From Octopus sinensis (taxonomy: Eukaryota): DNA of 64,000 bases. The notes below the pieces were generated by a model. The model was not told the DNA's origin and did not search any database. It saw only the letters and a program-made list of their open reading frames with translations. Where the stretch lies: positions 22,506,001-22,570,000 of the forward strand of contig NC_043020.1 of the NCBI RefSeq assembly GCF_006345805.1. Direction: 5' to 3'. The number at the start of each line of letters is the position of its first letter. The first letter of the stretch is position 1. Both the position numbers and the translations under genes were made by a program. Positions 61,582 to 64,000 of this stretch are shown here, in pieces.

Positions 61582-62699
61582 TTAAATGCACATTCAGCTT
61601 CAGACTGGCACCAGTTGAGAAAAGAATAAGATGAAAAGTATTTCAGTTATTTCTAAACTGAAGTTGAGAAAAGCTTTTATTAAAATTAATGTAATTTATG
61701 ATGCATTTTTTTCCAATATAATACAATTCATAAAAAATTCTACTTTTAAGAATAATGCAAGACAATTAAAAATCACAGTTGTAGCCAGAGGCCTTAACCT
61801 GAAAAGTGCACAGCCTCACCTCTTTGTATTTAAGCCATCTACCTCACAAAATTAAAGAATTTCTATCCATATTTTTAATGTGATCCCCTCTAAGATTAAT
61901 CAAGTTTCACCAAGAGTTCATAGTCTGTTTATAGCCTTTTTAAATATCTCAATATTAGGACATTACCAGGGATTAAAATATTGTCACATGCTGGCTTTGA
62001 AAATTTAAAAATAGACTTAACTCTCACTAAATGATGAAATCAATCACCAAAACTGCAACGAATGGCTTAACAGTCAATCTCTCAATAAATATGCACGAGA
62101 TGTAGATGGGTCTCAAGTTCATAATATGCTGCTGGAGGCAATCAATTCAGAAGTAATCACATTTTTGAAAGGAGTGTTTTCAGTATAGCATATGTAATTG
62201 AACTAACATAGATGCAGGCCTGGGTATGTGGTTAAGAGGTTTGCTTTGCAACCATATGTTTTGGGTTCCATCCTAGAATGCAGCACCCTGGGTAAGATTT
62301 TTTTCTGTAACATACCTGGGCCAACCAATGTATTACGTTTGAATTTGTTCAACAGGAACTGTAGAAAGCTTGTCTTGTGTGTGAGAGGCTGTTGATATTC
62401 ATTGTTTGCCCCTATTTAAGGGAAAATGTGTGGATGTTGGTATCTCAACTGGTTGCAGCCATGTTGGGGCTTTACCTTAAAGAATTTTAGTCAAACAGAT
62501 TGACCCCTATACATTTTTTGTTTTTTAAGCCAGCAATTTATTTTATTGGTCTCTTGCTGAACAGCTAAGTTACAGGGACATAAACTCATCAAGTAATGGG
62601 AGAGGTGGGGGCACTGGTAAAACGCCTTGGTTGTGATGGTCTCATCATATACACTCTGATCCTCATCTTTACTTGCCTGACCTTCATCAACTGATGAAG

Positions 62700-63883
62700 C
62701 ACTGGGGCTAACATTTCTTGCACAAAGTCATTATACAGCTCATTGCCTTCCGTACCATCCATGGAATCTTGAGATCCCGCACTTCAAAAATGATGTCGTC
62801 ACAAGTTCACTTGGCATTTCAGTTCATGAATCTATCACACATTGGCAAACCATCTTAAGGTCAGGGCATTTAAAGTTCCCAGCCCTTGTCACCATTAGTC
62901 ATCCATTCATTCCTCTTGACACGCATGTTCACCTTAAAAGGCTGGTTCACCGACACGTCAAGTGGCTGAAGCACAGATGTACATCCACCTGAAATCACAG
63001 CTCAGTATGTACAATGCCCCTTTAATCTATTTTTTATGCTGTCGATCAGATGAGCCCTGAACATATCTCATACAAGAAGTGACTTTGAATTAATCATAGC
63101 CCCTGGGTGTCTGAACCACACGTCATTTAACCAGTTCATCAATATGGTTTCATCCACCCACCCTTTCTCCTGAACATACACCACTATGCCTTTCGGAAAC
63201 TTCTCTTTCAGGAAAGTCTTTCTTTTGAAAACAACAACCATGTTAATTTTCATAAGTCAGCCATACAAGCCAAAATTGTAGTGAAGTGGGCCTTGTTGCT
63301 CCCTGAAGTTTTTACTGAAGCTGTGTTTTTTTTCTTTAACGTCGACTGTTCGAGTTCCAACCATATCTAAAAAAGGGGTGTCTCATCCATATTACTGCTT
63401 GCTTCCAAGGTAGACTTGTGGTTCTTTTGTAGGTCTATTACATACCAATAGAAGGAATCGACTTTGCTCTCTGTCAGTGGGTAATTCATGTGTGATATGA
63501 GTCCTTTGTCTCAGCATAAGATTGTGGCATTTCATAAACCTTATACACCAGCCAGACGATGCATTAAAGTTGGATATATCATGTTCTTTAGTCACTGGAA
63601 AAGCCCACAATCTAATGATGTTTCTCATGACAAGTCCGTTTATGCATAGTTCAGTCACCCAGCCTCTCAAAATAGTCTCCATCTCCTCATTGGGACTCAT
63701 TCCTATCCCAATTTTCTTTAACGATTTGACATCAACGGATTTAATTTTTTCTTTCAAATGCCAATCCCTAACCATTTTTTCTGAGACCCCAAATTCTCTT
63801 TCTGCAACTCAATTTGAATGCGATTTCGCATATTCAACAACTTTCAGCTTGAAAGTCATATATGATTTCTTCTTTTTCTTCAT
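62700..63883 (-). mobile_element. pogo/Tigger-like transposase pseudogene
   Basis: FKLKVVEYA..AEREFGVSEKMVRDW; FNASSGWCIRFM; NMDET; KGWVDE; GGCTSVLQPLDVSVNQPFK; many stops. Confidence 0.82.
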
Positions 63884-63896
63884 GTTAACTTATAAT

Positions 63897-64000
63897 ATCA
63901 TCATCATCATCATCGTTTAGCGTCCGCTTTCCATGCTAGCATGGGTTGGACGGTTCAACTGGGGTCTGGGAAGCCAGAAGCCTGCACCAGGCCCAGTCTG
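63897..64000 (-). mobile_element. RTE 3' UTR tail, cut by window edge
   Basis: (CAT)n then cgtttagcgtccgctttccatgctagcatggg. Confidence 0.85.

Overview
AT-rich eukaryotic DNA, almost certainly from an octopod cephalopod (Octopus-type SINEs and a tandem C2H2 cluster). It holds seven head-to-tail (+ strand) C2H2 zinc-finger genes, here called ZF1-ZF7, with 9-14 in-frame fingers each and no KRAB/ZAD/BTB domain. Each sits in an ~8-10 kb duplicated unit: conserved promoter/non-coding exon 1 ending at an AAAACG|GTAAGT-type donor, a TE-filled intron, a CATTTCAG acceptor, one coding exon, and a 3' tail of decayed fingers. Spacers contain tRNA-derived SINEs, RTE and CR1 LINE ends, Gypsy, mariner and pogo relics, Helitron/Helentron, hAT and piggyBac MITEs, and four GG-terminated MITE families with 8-9-bp TSDs. 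Highlights: a well-formed antisense hammerhead ribozyme in the ZF4 promoter; a minimal hammerhead in a Penelope-like insertion; a fold-back Merlin transposon with an 8-bp TSD; a 1900-bp tandem duplication whose crossover maps to ~15 bp inside a chimeric MITE; an invariant finger pair beside a hypervariable finger whose recognition helix appears swapped between paralogues. All calls were made by eye; no database searches or folding programs were run.
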